From: the human T2T-CHM13v2.0 reference genome, Homo sapiens
Direction: 5' to 3' (one strand)
Assembly: GCF_009914755.1 (NCBI RefSeq)
Contig: NC_060927.1
DNA: 64,000 nt
In this document: positions 1 through 12,422 of the stretch, one piece after another
Position numbering within the stretch: position 1 is the stretch's first letter
How the letters are laid out: each line of letters starts with the position of its first letter
The notes under the pieces: model-generated
The model's input: only the letters and a program-made list of their open reading frames with translations
Databases searched by the model: none
What the model was told of the DNA's origin: nothing
Position numbers and translations under genes: made by a program

Positions 1-1644
1 TTGAAGAAATTTATATAATGTACTTCTAGAGTTTTAGCAGAGTCAATTATGGGTATTTTGGAGGTAGAGTATATATAGAAGCTAAAAATAAAACTTTTTT
101 CTAAATATTAATTTTATATTGTATGCTATTTGCTATCTAAAACTGATAGTTTCTAAAAATAATTATAAAATATACTCATGACATTTGGTTGACAAAAGGG
201 AGGTAATCACGAAACTTTAAATAGAATTTTAAACAATAATAGCCTTAGGAAATGTCTACCATATCACTTTTTCCCCCAACGTTCAATTTCCCTTTGAAAA
301 GCACTGAAATGATAGATACAACATTTGTAGAAATTATGATTCTTAATAGAAACTTTGGTCTATATTTACCGCAATGTTTAAATGGGAGAGGAGTTATTGT
401 TTAATCTGTTACTAGATCAGGGGCTGTTCCATAGGAAGTGGCTGTAAATAAACAGAGCATGAAACCTCTCAAGGCACTTATAAGTAAATGAGCTAACTTT
501 TGTGGCCATAGGCCTGCTTTAAACATACCAAAAAAAATCTCATGAGTATTAACATTGATTTCATCCCAAAATGTTTACAGCAAAGTAAAAGGATGTTTTA
601 ATTGTTTAATTATTGGTCTTTATTCAAAATTGACATAAACTGTTACTTATATTAACGTGCTTTTAGAGTACTTCCTCAGGAAATAGACACTTTTGAATTG
701 TCATCTTAGAAGAATAGGATATCTCTCATCAAATACTGTGGCCAAAGTGCACCAAAAAAAGAAGATTTTTAAAATGTAAAAGCCATTTATTTAAATTGTA
801 CATACTTTATTTTTATTGTTATAATCATTAGGAATTTCATGGATTGATTTAGACCAGTGAGCCATCAAATCTTTCAATAGCCTCACGCAGTAGAGATCCC
901 CTTTATGCCTTTTCAAAAAAGAGCATGGATCCGGCACAATGCTAAATGAAGATTATGTTCAAAAAATTGAAATGACTGAACAGTTAACTAGCTGTAACAT
1001 GTTTAACAATAGAATGGGGAAATCCTCTTTTAACCTTTTAGCTAATTATTAAATATCTTAATATGAAAGAATCTAAATATTATTTATAGAATATTCTATA
1101 AAATATAACTAATGAAAAAATGAAAAGGTTACCTGTACAAAAGGAACTATAACATTATATTTATAAAATCTTTAAGTCCGGAATTCTGCACGATACCTAC
1201 AGAGTTTGGGAAAAAAAATTAAATTGTTTTTAATGAGACTAGATTTCTCTTTACTTTTCTAGTAATACTTTTGTGTTTCTTTTGGAATATACAATGTAGC
1301 TGGTCTATAAGCAATAATTCAAATTAAATAGAAAGCTGTCATGTTAATTAATATAACCCAATCTGTACTACTAAGTGGCGTTGAAAGATCTTGCTTTCAC
1401 TTGATTCTAGGTGATTAAGAATCAGTCATTAGTAATGTATAAGCACTTTTTCCCTAGATATTTCAGAGTCAAAAGAAAGCTAGAAACAAGTCTTACCCAC
1501 AAGGACCAAGTATACTAGTGTGTTTTGTCTTGTTCTTGCACTAGAGCTATCAAAGTCAAGAAAGAATATGGTCTATAGTGGTTGGAAATTTCATTCTAGC
1601 TGTCAATTATTTCATGTATAATGCGGGTTTTAAAAAAATTCTTT

Positions 1645-1878
1645 TTAAAATAATTTTAGATATACGGAAAAGTTGCAAAGATAGTACAGAGTTGCCATTC
1701 TCTCCACCTACTTTCTCATAATGTTAAATCTTACATAACTGTGGTACACTATCAAAGCTAAGAATTTATGTAGGTACATTACTATAAGCTACAGACTTTA
1801 TTCAGATTTCACTATATTTTCCAGTTACTTCCTTTTTCTGTTCCAGGATCCAATCCAGGGTATCACATTGCATTTAGT
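1645..1878 (-). mobile_element. Old L1 3' end fragment (L1MC4/L1MC5-like)
   Basis: Contains 'aaaagttgcaaagatagtacagag' and 'ttccaggatccaatccaggg...cacattgcatttagt', typical of the antisense L1MC4-type 3' UTR. Confidence 0.7.
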
Positions 1879-1962
1879 AGGAAGGAATTTTTTTCTTTTC
1901 TATTTATAGTCAATAATATATTTTACCACATATCATTTTGTCATCAGTTTAACTTTTTAAAA

Positions 1963-2400
1963 TTAATAGGTTTATTTTTAGAGCAGTTTTAAGTTTACAG
2001 AATGATTGAACAGAAAGTACAGAGAGTTCACATATATTCCCCATTTACCCCCACAGTTTCCTCCATAATTAACATCTTGCATTGCTGGGGTATGTTTTTT
2101 GAAAATTGATGAACCAATATTGATACATTATTTTAACTTAAGTACGTAGTCTGCATTAGAGTTCACTCTGTGTATTCTACAGTTCTGTTGGTTTTGCCAA
2201 ATGCATAATACATATTTTCACCATTTCAATATCATACAGAATGGTTTAATTGCCCTAAATATCCCTTATGCTCCACCTACTCATTCCTTTCCTCCTCCCA
2301 CTCATCCATGGCAACCACAGATCTTTTTGCTGACTGTCGTTTTCCCTGTCAGAATGTCACTTAGTGATATGCATGTAAGATTCCTGCACATCTTTTCACA
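1963..2400 (-). mobile_element. Old L1 3' end fragment (L1MC/L1MD-like)
   Basis: 'tttagagcagttttaagtttacag...cagaaagtacagagagttc' and 'tgatgaaccaatattgatacattatt' match the antisense L1MC1-3/L1MD 3' UTR. Confidence 0.7.
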
Positions 2401-3331
2401 TATGATGCTGTTTTGTGTTTGCTTTGACCATCTATGTATCCTTCCAGTTCTACACATGCCATTTTGAATTCTGAGTTTACAAAAGAAGCCTCTGTCCTTG
2501 TGTGCCTTCCATTTTGTACTTATTGAGGTGTGCTTCTTTTTGAACTTAGTTTTCTTTTGGAATTATTAATGGTAACATTACAACAAACCTTTCAGTGCAG
2601 TTTACTATTAGAAAATATCTGCACATATGAACACTTTCATTTCTTTTCATATTATCACTTGTAAGATGACAGTGTGCATTTCTTTTACATTTCTTGTTAT
2701 TTTTACAATACCATACTATTATTTATTTTTGCTTAAATGGAGTGCTGAATACTAGGCTTGCTCCTCGTTTCCAAACACTCTGTGGTTGTGTTTTGTTTTG
2801 GTTTGATTCTTTTTACAGTAATAACATATGGCAATTGTTTATATTTTCAATGCCCAAAGCTGATTATTAAACTTTGGGTGTTTAATAAGAGTTGAGGAAA
2901 AAAGTCCAGAATAGGCATAATTTACCAATTGAAATATACCAGTTTATTGACCTACTTTAGTTGAACTGTTTGAAATAAATTAAGAAATAACAATCATATC
3001 GTTCTTATAGTATCAATAGTAAGCATTGAATAAAACCACTGGATTTGATCGATGATTTAACAGGGTAAAAATAAAATTGAATTTACCCTCATAAAATAAG
3101 ACAAGTTCTTTTTCCTTTCCAGGAAGAAAAGAATTCATCCTCTAAACAAAATTTTGTTTTCTTGATAGAGGAGGGGAGACAGGGACAGGGATTAAAAAGT
3201 TGATATTCTTTTGCCTACCTGAGTCATTGTTCTCAAAACTTTGCTGCTAATGAATTACTTTATTTTCTATAATTCAAACAAGTTAGAAACATTCTATTTT
3301 AGTTGTGTGTATTACATATATTCACAAACAG

Positions 3332-3350
3332 ACACACACACACACACACA
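3332..3350. repeat. (CA)n microsatellite
   Basis: acacacacacacacacaca. Confidence 0.9.
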
Positions 3351-4048
3351 TAATAGTGTATTTACCTTTATATAGAGATTCTTCAAGGAAATATACAAAA
3401 ATATTTAAAATAATATCCATCATATCAACTTCTTAATAAAACTACTGTGTGAACATACTCAATTTCCAGATATGTATATACACATATATTATTTGAGCTA
3501 AATCAATTCTTAGCACAGTTATTTAAAGCAATATAGAATGATCTTCATAATATAGCTCTTTGAAAGATCTTATCTTGCAATCTTTTCTTTATAAATTTGT
3601 CTGAATTTATAACATTCAATAGCTTATATCCTTCCATTCTTTTCACTAAGTTGATTTAAATGAGTCAAATTTTTTAAAATCTGCTTTTTCTATATTGTCT
3701 ATTTCAAATAATGTATTAAATATCCACTTAGTCACCTAATGTAGAGACCTTTGAGTCAATTCTTATTTGTTGTTTTATTTTTATTCATATTCAGTATTTA
3801 TCGTTTCCTGAGGAATTTTTTTTTCTCAAGTGTGTCTAGAATCGATTTCTCACTCTCCATTTCACTGTTGCTTTATTTCCTTCAGTCAAACAATATCATC
3901 AAAGAAGACACCACTGTGTAATAATATCTTTGGCTTTAAAATAAGTTGCATAATTTAGTTAAAAAAGAAAAATTAACATCAAAATAATAAAAAAATGAGA
4001 TGTAGTGTTAAAAATGAATAGATGCTAATTTTGGAAAGGAAATCCTTA

Positions 4049-4429
4049 CAGTAGTTCTCACTTACATGTGATTTTGATTTCTGTGCTTTCAGTTACCAGA
4101 AGTCAACAGAGGTCTGAAAACATTACATGGAAAATTCTAGAAATAGTTCATAAGTTTTGAATTGCCCACTGCTCTGAGTAGTATGATGAAATCTCTCTCT
4201 GTCCTGCTCCATCCCACTCAGGGCATGAATCATCCCTTTCTCCAGGGTATCCTCCATGTATACACAGGACCAGCCCATTAGTCACTTAGTAGCTGTCCCA
4301 GCTATCAGACTAACTGCTGCAGTTTCACATGGCTTGTGTTCAAATAAACCTTATTTAACTTAATAATCCCCCAAAGTGCATGAGTAATGATGCTGCCAAT
4401 TCAGATAGGCCAAAAAAAAGTCATAAAGT
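4049..4429 (+). mobile_element. MER44 (Tigger7-derived, MER44C-like) DNA transposon, left part
   Basis: Starts TA|cagtag; internal 'catgaatcatccctttctccag', 'ttagtcacttagtagc', 'ccccaaagtgcatgagtaatgatgctg' follow the MER44 consensus. Confidence 0.85.
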
Positions 4430-4934
4430 ATTTCTCTAATGACAACTGATGATGAGCTTTTATTCATATATTTGTTGGCTGCATAAAGTCTTCTTTTGAG
4501 AAGTGTCTGTTCATATCCTTTGCCAACTTTTTTGATGGGTGGTTTGTATTTTTCTTGTAAATTTGTTTAACTTCCTTGTAGATTCTGGATATTAGACCTT
4601 TGTCAGATAGGTAGATTGCAAAAATTTTCTCCCATTCTGTAGGTTGCCTGTTCACTCTGATGATAGTTTCTTTTGCTGTACAGAAGCTCTTTAGTTCAAT
4701 TAGATCCCATTTTTCAATTTTGGCTTTTGTTGCAATTGCTTTTGGTGTTTTAGTCATGAAGTCTTTGCCCATGCCTATGTCCTGAATGGTATTGCCTAGG
4801 TTTTCTTCTAGGGTTTTTATAGTTTTAGGTTTTACATTTAAGTCTTTAGTTCATCTTGAGTTAATTTTTGTACAAGGTATAAGGAAGGGGCCTAGTTTCT
4901 GTTTTATGCATATGGCTAGCCAGTTTTCCCAACA
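4430..4934 (-). mobile_element. L1PA (about PA8-PA10) inverted 5' segment, ORF2 C-terminal relic
   Basis: ORF 4464-4772(-) translates [52 protein letters not shown], which is L1 ORF2p sequence; non-functional fragment. Confidence 0.92.
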
Positions 4935-5405
4935 ACACACATATGTTTATTGCAGCACTATTTACAATAGAAAAACTTGGAACCAACCCAAATGTCCATC
5001 AATGATAGACTGGATAAGGAAAATGTGGTATATATACACAATGGAATACCATGCAGCCATAGAAAAAATGAGTCCATGTCCTTTGCAGGGACACAGATAA
5101 AGCTGGAAACGATCATCCTCAGCAAACTAACACAGGAACAAAAAACCAAACACCACATGTTATCATTCATAAGTGGGAGCTGAATAATGAGAACACATGA
5201 ACACAGGAAGGGGAACATCACATACCAGGGCCTGTCGGGGGTGGGGGTAAGGGAAGGCAGAGCATTAGGATGAATACCTAATGCATGCGGGGCTTAAAAC
5301 CTAGATGATGGGTTGATAGGTACATCAAACTGCCATGGCACATATATACCTATGTAACAAACCTGCACGTTCTGCACATGTATCCCAGAACGTAAAGGAA
5401 AAAAA
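4935..5405 (+). mobile_element. L1PA (about PA8-PA10) 3' end with A-tail
   Basis: 'tggaaccaacccaaatgtccatcaatgatagactggat' and 'aatgcatgcggggcttaaaacctagatga...acctgcacgttctgcacatgtatcccagaac' followed by an A-run. Confidence 0.92.
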
Positions 5406-5739
5406 AGCCACAGAGTGCTTTTCTAAATGTAAGGTTTCTAAGAAAAGAAAAAATCTTACAATAAAGTTGCTAAGATGTATGGTAAGAATAAATCTTCTAT
5501 CCATATAATTGTGAAGAAGAAAAAGGAAATTTGCGCTAATTTTGCTTTGGCACCTCACACTGCAAAAGTTACAGCCACAGTGTGTGATAAGTGCTCAGTT
5601 AAGATGAAAACAACATTAAATTTGCAGACACGAACAGAATCGTGTTTCAATTGACCGCAATCAGTTCAATACTGTCTAGGATTTCAGGCATCCACTGGGG
5701 GTTTTGTAATGTACCCCCTAGAAAAAGGGCAGAATACTG
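5406..5739 (+). mobile_element. MER44C-like DNA transposon, right part
   Basis: 'gttgctaagatgtatggtaagaa', 'ctgcaaaagttacagccacagtgtgtgataagtgc', 'tttcaggcatccactggggg'; ends tactg|TA, matching the TA at the left end. Confidence 0.85.
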
Positions 5740-7537
5740 TATTTACATTTAACCTGACCTCAGGAATAATTCCTCACCCCTGAGGAATTTTGGTCTAGAA
5801 GTATAATATAGGGCATCAAAAGATGCTAGTATGAAGGTGGAAATAATGACTACTAACAATTGAGAAAACAAAATGACTCATATATTAGTGCAAAATAAAT
5901 TCAGTAAAAATCAGTCAGTTCTTTGACAGTAGCATGGAGTAGCTGGTCAAAAAGGAGGAAAACCAGAATGGAAAAGTCTGTATGTTTTGCCTATGGAATA
6001 TTAAGGAAAAATAATGGATCGTGCATTAGGCTAGGAGAGTAAAACACCATGAGAAAGAAAAAGGCATTTGGGTGTAATGATGTTATATTCTAGAAGTATA
6101 CAATGTCTAGAATGTACAAAGATTTTTAGGGAAAAAATGCATGAACTTGTGTGTTGATTAAATGCAAATATCAGTCAGTAACACACACATGTGCTCTCTG
6201 TGTGTGGGCATTTGTGCATGTGTGTCTGTGTTTTTAAAATGTATTATTGGAAAACTAAAATATTTATTAAAATGAAAACACTAACATATAAGGCACTTAA
6301 TACCAGGGTCATTATTACTGAGAATAAGAGTCTATTCAAGTACCTGTTTTTAAAGTATCTAAAAGATAATGGAGAGTAGAGTTTATGAATTTACTGTTTT
6401 ACTGGAAAGAGTCTCTTCTTGGGTTTAAAAATTTTACCAATTAAGCAGAGAAGACAAGAAGCATTAAGCAAATTTATTTAAAAGCAAACAAAAGGAATTT
6501 ATGAATAAATTAAGATTTTATGACAATATCAAAAGTTATACAAAATGTTTGTGTCTTTCATGAAACAGACATCCAAACTGAAATTAAATTTAGTTTTCTC
6601 TAGGTTTTTTCTTCTTAAAGATTGAAAAGTTATCAGGGAAAATTGTGCTTTTAAACTTTGTGATGACATATGCTTTTAAGGAGCCTGTATAACTTTCAGA
6701 ATAATAAAACAAAAATGGCTATTTTAGAATATTCCTTGATGATGAATTAATCTTACATTGTTTTCCAGCATACCCATCTTAGGAAAGTTCTGTTTATCAT
6801 GTCACTTATAGAAACAACTGGTGAATGCATCTGAATTATTTTCAATTCCTGTCACTTGCATGTCAACTTGCACCATCTTCCGCCATTCCTAAGTTAGGTA
6901 TTTGCAAATAGAAAATAGACATTATTGTTTATTTGGAGTCATAATTATAAACATATAACATATTATTATTTCATTGGAGTCATATATATAATAAACTAAT
7001 TGTGAAAAATAGACATCAGGAACCTGAGAATACCGAGTCAGAGAAAGCTAGAATGCCATAATGCAAATTTTGAAGCCAGCGCATACCAATCAGAGATTAT
7101 AGTTCTTCAAAAGAGACAGAAAAATGGGAGCATGGTTTTTCCATTGAAACAGAAGATACTATTGCCTAAACAATCATAAAATATTATATGGTTCAAAGGA
7201 TTTTATAGAGTGCTGGTTTCTACCTGAAACCAGATATGTCTGACATGGTTGTATGCACGTCTGCTTTGAAAAATATTTTCTTAGTCTATAAATATTTACC
7301 AAAAGCAATCTATTTACTGAAGCGGTACCAGACATTTTGGAAAGTATTACTTTGAGGATGGAACAACCACTATTTTATAATCTCAGTCATCTTTTGGGTT
7401 TCCTTTTCTGAAATAGAAAACCATTGAAATAAGACACATAGGAGTGGTATGTCATCCATCAGACACTAGTATGTGTTCTTCCCTTCAAGTGCTTGGTGTA
7501 TATTAAAAACTGCCCACATTAAATGCATAGAATAATC

Positions 7538-7760
7538 TTTTTTTATTATTATTATACTTTAAGTTTTAGGGTACATGTGCACAACATGCAGGTTTGTTAC
7601 ATATGTATACATGTGCCATGTTGTGTGCTGCACCCATTAACTCATCATTTAACATTAGGTATATTTCCTAATGCTATCCCTCCCCCTCCCCCCTCCCCAC
7701 AACAGGCCCCAGTGTGTGATGTTCCCCTTCCTGTGTCCATGTGTTCTCATTGTTCAATTC
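7538..7760 (-). mobile_element. Younger L1PA (about PA3-PA5), short 5'-truncated 3' end
   Basis: 'ttattatactttaagttttagggtacatgtgcacaacatgcaggtttgttac...cattgttcaattc'. Confidence 0.92.
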
Positions 7761-8881
7761 GGCATTACAAAATTCCTGTGGAAAATATGAGTTGTGGGTA
7801 TTTATCTTTATAATATTTAAAAAGTTATAAGAAACTAAAATTAAGATTCTTTAAAAGCAAAAAGAATTCACTGGTGTGTGACTATGTGATAAACAATGGA
7901 GGGGTGATTGATATTAATTAATAAGAAAGTTTAGGTCAAATATTCTGCTCTCATCTCAGCTGTTATAATAAACAAATTAAATATTTAGTGAGAGTTTGCA
8001 AGTAAAAGCACCGAAATATATTTCTGTGTACAAGTACCAGCTTGTTCTCAGGTACCACTAAAATCTACCCTTAAGCAGTAGTTGTTTCAAAGGTCCTGTG
8101 GTTGTACATCCATTTCCTTGTATCTCTGGCTCTCTTTTTAGTGACAATTTGGATGGGAAAGTATATGATTCTTAACGGATATTGATTTCATGCTAATGAC
8201 TTCATGATTAATTATTTAAGCATCTAATAAGTCAAATTATGTTAAATCACACCACAGACAATGCAGATATGAAAGTCTAAGTGGTAGCCAACAATTTCAG
8301 ATTTTCATGGGGTATATTTTGTCAGATGAACAAATAATTCAAATTTTAAGCTAGAAGTAAAGTCAACATGGTCTTTAGGAAATTCAGACAATAAAATTTG
8401 ATACATATTCCCAAGATATATGTAACTTTTATTTATATGTTTTTTGTATAGTTGGATAATAATGTGCATTCGTTATTGGAAAAAAAGATAAATTTAAAAG
8501 GCTAAAACAGATATCAATAGAGGGTACCCATGCACCTCATTTGGGAGACCTTCTAGAGTAGGTAATAGCTAATATCCTTCATTTTATGACCAATAGTGAT
8601 TTCTAGAATTTAAAAATTCATATAACTTCCCCAGATGCACATATACATATTATTGAGAAAACTCCAAAATGTTGAAAATGGATCCATATTCTATGTTACT
8701 GAAATGTTTACCAGATATCAATTTGAATCTTATGTGTATTCAGTTTTTCCATAGCATTAATTCCTTACGTCATATATCACCAAAATGACGGACTGTTTCA
8801 AGTAGACCAGAATATCATTTGTACCTTTAGAACACTTGTAATTTGACATTTTTAGTATAGAATTTACTGCTTAGAAATTAC

Positions 8882-9037
8882 AGCCTGGTATGGTGACTCA
8901 TGCCTGTATTCCTAGCTACTCAGGAGGCTGATGCAGGAGGATCACTTGACCCCAGGAGTTAGAGGCTGCAGTGAGCTATGGATCATGCCACTGCACTCCA
9001 GCCTGGGTGACAGAGTGAGAACCTGTCTATAAAAAAG
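8882..9037 (+). mobile_element. Alu monomer (FRAM/AluJ right-arm-like)
   Basis: 'ctactcaggaggctga..gcaggaggatcacttga..ggctgcagtgagctatg..ccactgcactccagcctgggtgacagagtgaga' plus A-tail, single arm. Confidence 0.85.
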
Positions 9038-9259
9038 AAGACAATACAGACAAGTTCTAACACCTTTTCTTATTTACGCTTAACAGTAGACCCTGTAGAA
9101 GAAGTCTGATCTTTTAAGTCTGATAATAAGAGATATATTATGAAAAAGATAAAAATTATACAGGAAAAGGAACAACTGATGATGCATAAAAGCAGCAGAG
9201 GTATATCTAATTATCATACCTAAAATATGTGCCGTCGAAAGCCATGTGTGTCTAATAGT

Positions 9260-9740
9260 CTACTCTCAAATCCATTATCTTTACTAGAAGAAACCCGATT
9301 TTTATTCAGACATTCAGAGAATGTTTCATATATTTACTTCACTGGACTTCTAAGATACCATTATACTGGCATTCTACTCAGCTAAAGGAGTACATTTCCC
9401 AGCTTCTATCAAATTGAAGTGTGTCTGCATGAAAGAGTTTTAACTGAAGGGACATAAGTAGGGGTGTGGGACTTCTACAAAGATGCTGTACAGGAAATCT
9501 GGCATTTGGGTAGTGACTGGCACTACAGAAGCCAGTCACTTGGGGACATTAGAATGAGAGCTATGACTTAGGGTCAGCATAGTGAGGAGCAGGAAGAGGC
9601 AGCTCACTGGTGCTTTGCGGGAGATGCCACAGCACGTGCCAGCTGCCTATTTCAGTACTGTTTATACAAGAAAATTAGACTTGTGTATGACTGAAGATTT
9701 TCTAGGTTCAATCATTGGAGCATAATTCCAAACTAATATA
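9260..9740 (+). mobile_element. Degenerate ERVL-type solo LTR (LTR16/LTR33-like)
   Basis: 'acatttcccagcttct', 'ggggtgtgggacttct' and terminal 'aattccaaactaatata' resemble ancient ERVL LTRs; highly diverged. Confidence 0.4.
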
Positions 9741-11419
9741 CAAACAATATATTATTTTAGGAAAAATTAACATAAATCAAACATGGATATGTGTATAAAC
9801 GCACAAATTCTCCATTCTCTACATGAGCATAATAGAAATAATAGAAATAAAATAAAAGCATAGAATTTAAATATTAATATCAAAACATCCAAATCCATTT
9901 TGTGGTCTGGCATGACCTGAAGCTCAAGTAAGAAAACTTTTCTCCAAATTCTGTTTGCAATGATCCACTTACCTTTACTCTTAGAAATAGTGAGAGGCCT
10001 TTACAGAAGGCTGCAGAATAGCTTTTTGTTTTTTAAATTACAGATTTTCCACATTTAAATTTTAATATTGTTTGGTAGAAATGTTTGTTTTAATGAAGAC
10101 TTCTGCCTTACCTTGAGATTATTCAGTGCATATGTTTATGTTATCTCAAATATTTGGACGCATATTTTAATTCATTTTTCTGTGGATCACGAAGGTACTC
10201 ATCAACATTATGGTGTCCTTATTAATTTATATCCATGTGTTCTCTTCTTTACCTGATTAAAATTCCAAATTCTATCTCTAACTCAACAAATGATCAGAGG
10301 GAATACAACATACATAAGTCACCTATACATTAGAATTAACATAATACTCTCAGTTGTGTTCTGGTAAACCTAAAACGACCTCCTCATGCTGTTCCTTATT
10401 ATGATTAAACACTCTCAGAAACTGCACAGGCCTTCTCTTTCCACCCACAACCTCCTTTCACATATGGAAGTTTTAACTTAGGGTCAAGACCATTCAAGAT
10501 GTCTAGGTGATTTTACTCATCTGTTGTTATGAGTAATTCTCAGGACCTAAAACGTTCATACTGTTAAACTTTTTAGGGAGGACTAATGGAATACATACTA
10601 TTATATATTTTTTAAAATGCTGGAATTCACATCATTATTCTTTCACTTATAGTTTCAACCTCCAGAAACTTAATTATACTTTTTAAAAAGAACGTGCTTA
10701 CATTTTCCATCCAGTCAATGTTTTTTACAGAGTCAAAATACACTAGGGTAAAAAGTAAAAACCATCTTTGAGGTTATAGGAATATATTTAACAAAAATGA
10801 CTGTGAAAAATCACAAAGGAATTGTTAATATGTTTCTAAATGAACGAAGAAATGTAGGCATTATATGTGGTGAGGAAAGTTTGAAAAGATTCATTACAAA
10901 CTAGCAACTAAATTCCAGAATTTTGATAATTAGTTTGGTAAATTTAGAAAAATCACCCAAGGCTCAGTTTGTAGTATTTATCTGTAAAACTGTCTAATTA
11001 TTTTTTGTCTACTATTTCATAAATATCATGTGTGTATTTATAAGCTATTATAGGTTGATGGATATAAAACCTAAACATAGATTGCTACAATAAAGCATAT
11101 TTAAATAAGCACCACTGTAATAAGCACTATGCTATAAGTTAATTACTAAATGGGCTATGTATGCAATAAAAGCCACAGATGTTTGGAAAATGAAGAGTTC
11201 CATTGTGAATTGACATGGGTAAAGGAAAAGGCACTTAAATCTAGAATTTCAGCTTCATCTTGAAGCAGGTAAATGAGTCAGAGAGAAGATGAGAATGTTT
11301 CATATATTTACTTCACTTAAGATACTATGCTCTCCTGCTTTAATTTTTTCACACTTGCGGGTCCTTCTTCATTGACTTTGCTGTTGCCTCTTTATTTTCA
11401 GCCTTCTGCAAAATGTAGA

Positions 11420-12422
11420 TTCATATATCCAACTTCCTTATTAATATCTCCATTTCTGAGATATTAAAAGGAAAAAAGTTGTTTTCCTCTTTTTCTTTGA
11501 GCCCACCCCCAAAACATATTTCTCCTGCAGTCTTCCTCATCCATGGCCACTTCTTCCTTCCAGGTATCAGGACAAAATCTCTGGAGTCCACTTTGATTAT
11601 TTTCCTTCTCTCACATTTCACTTGCAGTGGTGGCAATTCTTGTTGACTTTACTTTCAAAACATATCAGAAATATAACCATTTCTTACCCACCAGCAATGC
11701 TACCTTTCTGACCAAGCCACCACCATCTTTTACCTATTTTTTGTTAAATCCAGGCTCCCTGCCCCTGCATGTGTCCTATTATAGTTACACTCTGTGTTCA
11801 TCATAGAATGATCCTGAATCTACTTATCTCACTCCTTTGCTGATGATCCTCTAAGGTTTTCCCATCACATTCAGAATAAAAGCCAAAGTCCTCAGAATGA
11901 CCTGCAAGGCTCATCATGATTTGTCCCCCAGTGACATCTGTGACCTGCTCCTCTCTCCTTCCTTACACTGTTCCATCCTTGCTAGTGTCCACGGTGTCTA
12001 TGAACAAGTCAGGTCTGCTTTTATCTCTGAGCTTCAGCACTTATTCTTCCCACTTCCTGCAAATGGTTCCCCTTTGTCCTGAAGCCATGAGGCCCCCCGA
12101 CATTTATTTCTGTTCTCTTCAAATATTGACCTCTCGTTGTGGCTTGCCTTGATCACTCTATTTTAAATTGCATTTACTGCTTTTATTTTCTCCATAACAA
12201 TTATCATCTTCTAATATTCTCCTTAGTGCATTTACTTGTTACTGTTATTATTTATATCCCCTTTCCTTTTGAGCAGGAGAACAGGAAAGTTTTGGGCTTC
12301 CTTGTTTTTTGGGTTTTTGTTTGTTTGTTTTTTTTTTTATTTTTATTTCTCATTCTTTGGACGCATAAAAAGGTGAGCACTCAAAAGATATCTGTTAAAT
12401 GCATGAATAAGTTAATGAATTA
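11420..12422 (+). mobile_element. L2 (L2a-like) 3' fragment
   Basis: Pyrimidine-rich L2 body ('agccaccaccatct', 'cagaataaaagccaaagtcctc', 'gcaaggctcatcatgatttg') ending 'ctcaaaagatatctgttaaatgcatgaataagttaatgaat'. Confidence 0.75.

Noticed and set aside
4464-4772. 102-aa ORF with clear protein similarity
   Set aside because: Fragment of L1 ORF2p in a truncated, inverted L1 copy; not a gene
9512-9540. 10-bp stem hairpin agtgactggc/gccagtcact (similar 9-bp stem at 5768-5789)
   Set aside because: Too short for a pre-miRNA or structured RNA call and no supporting context
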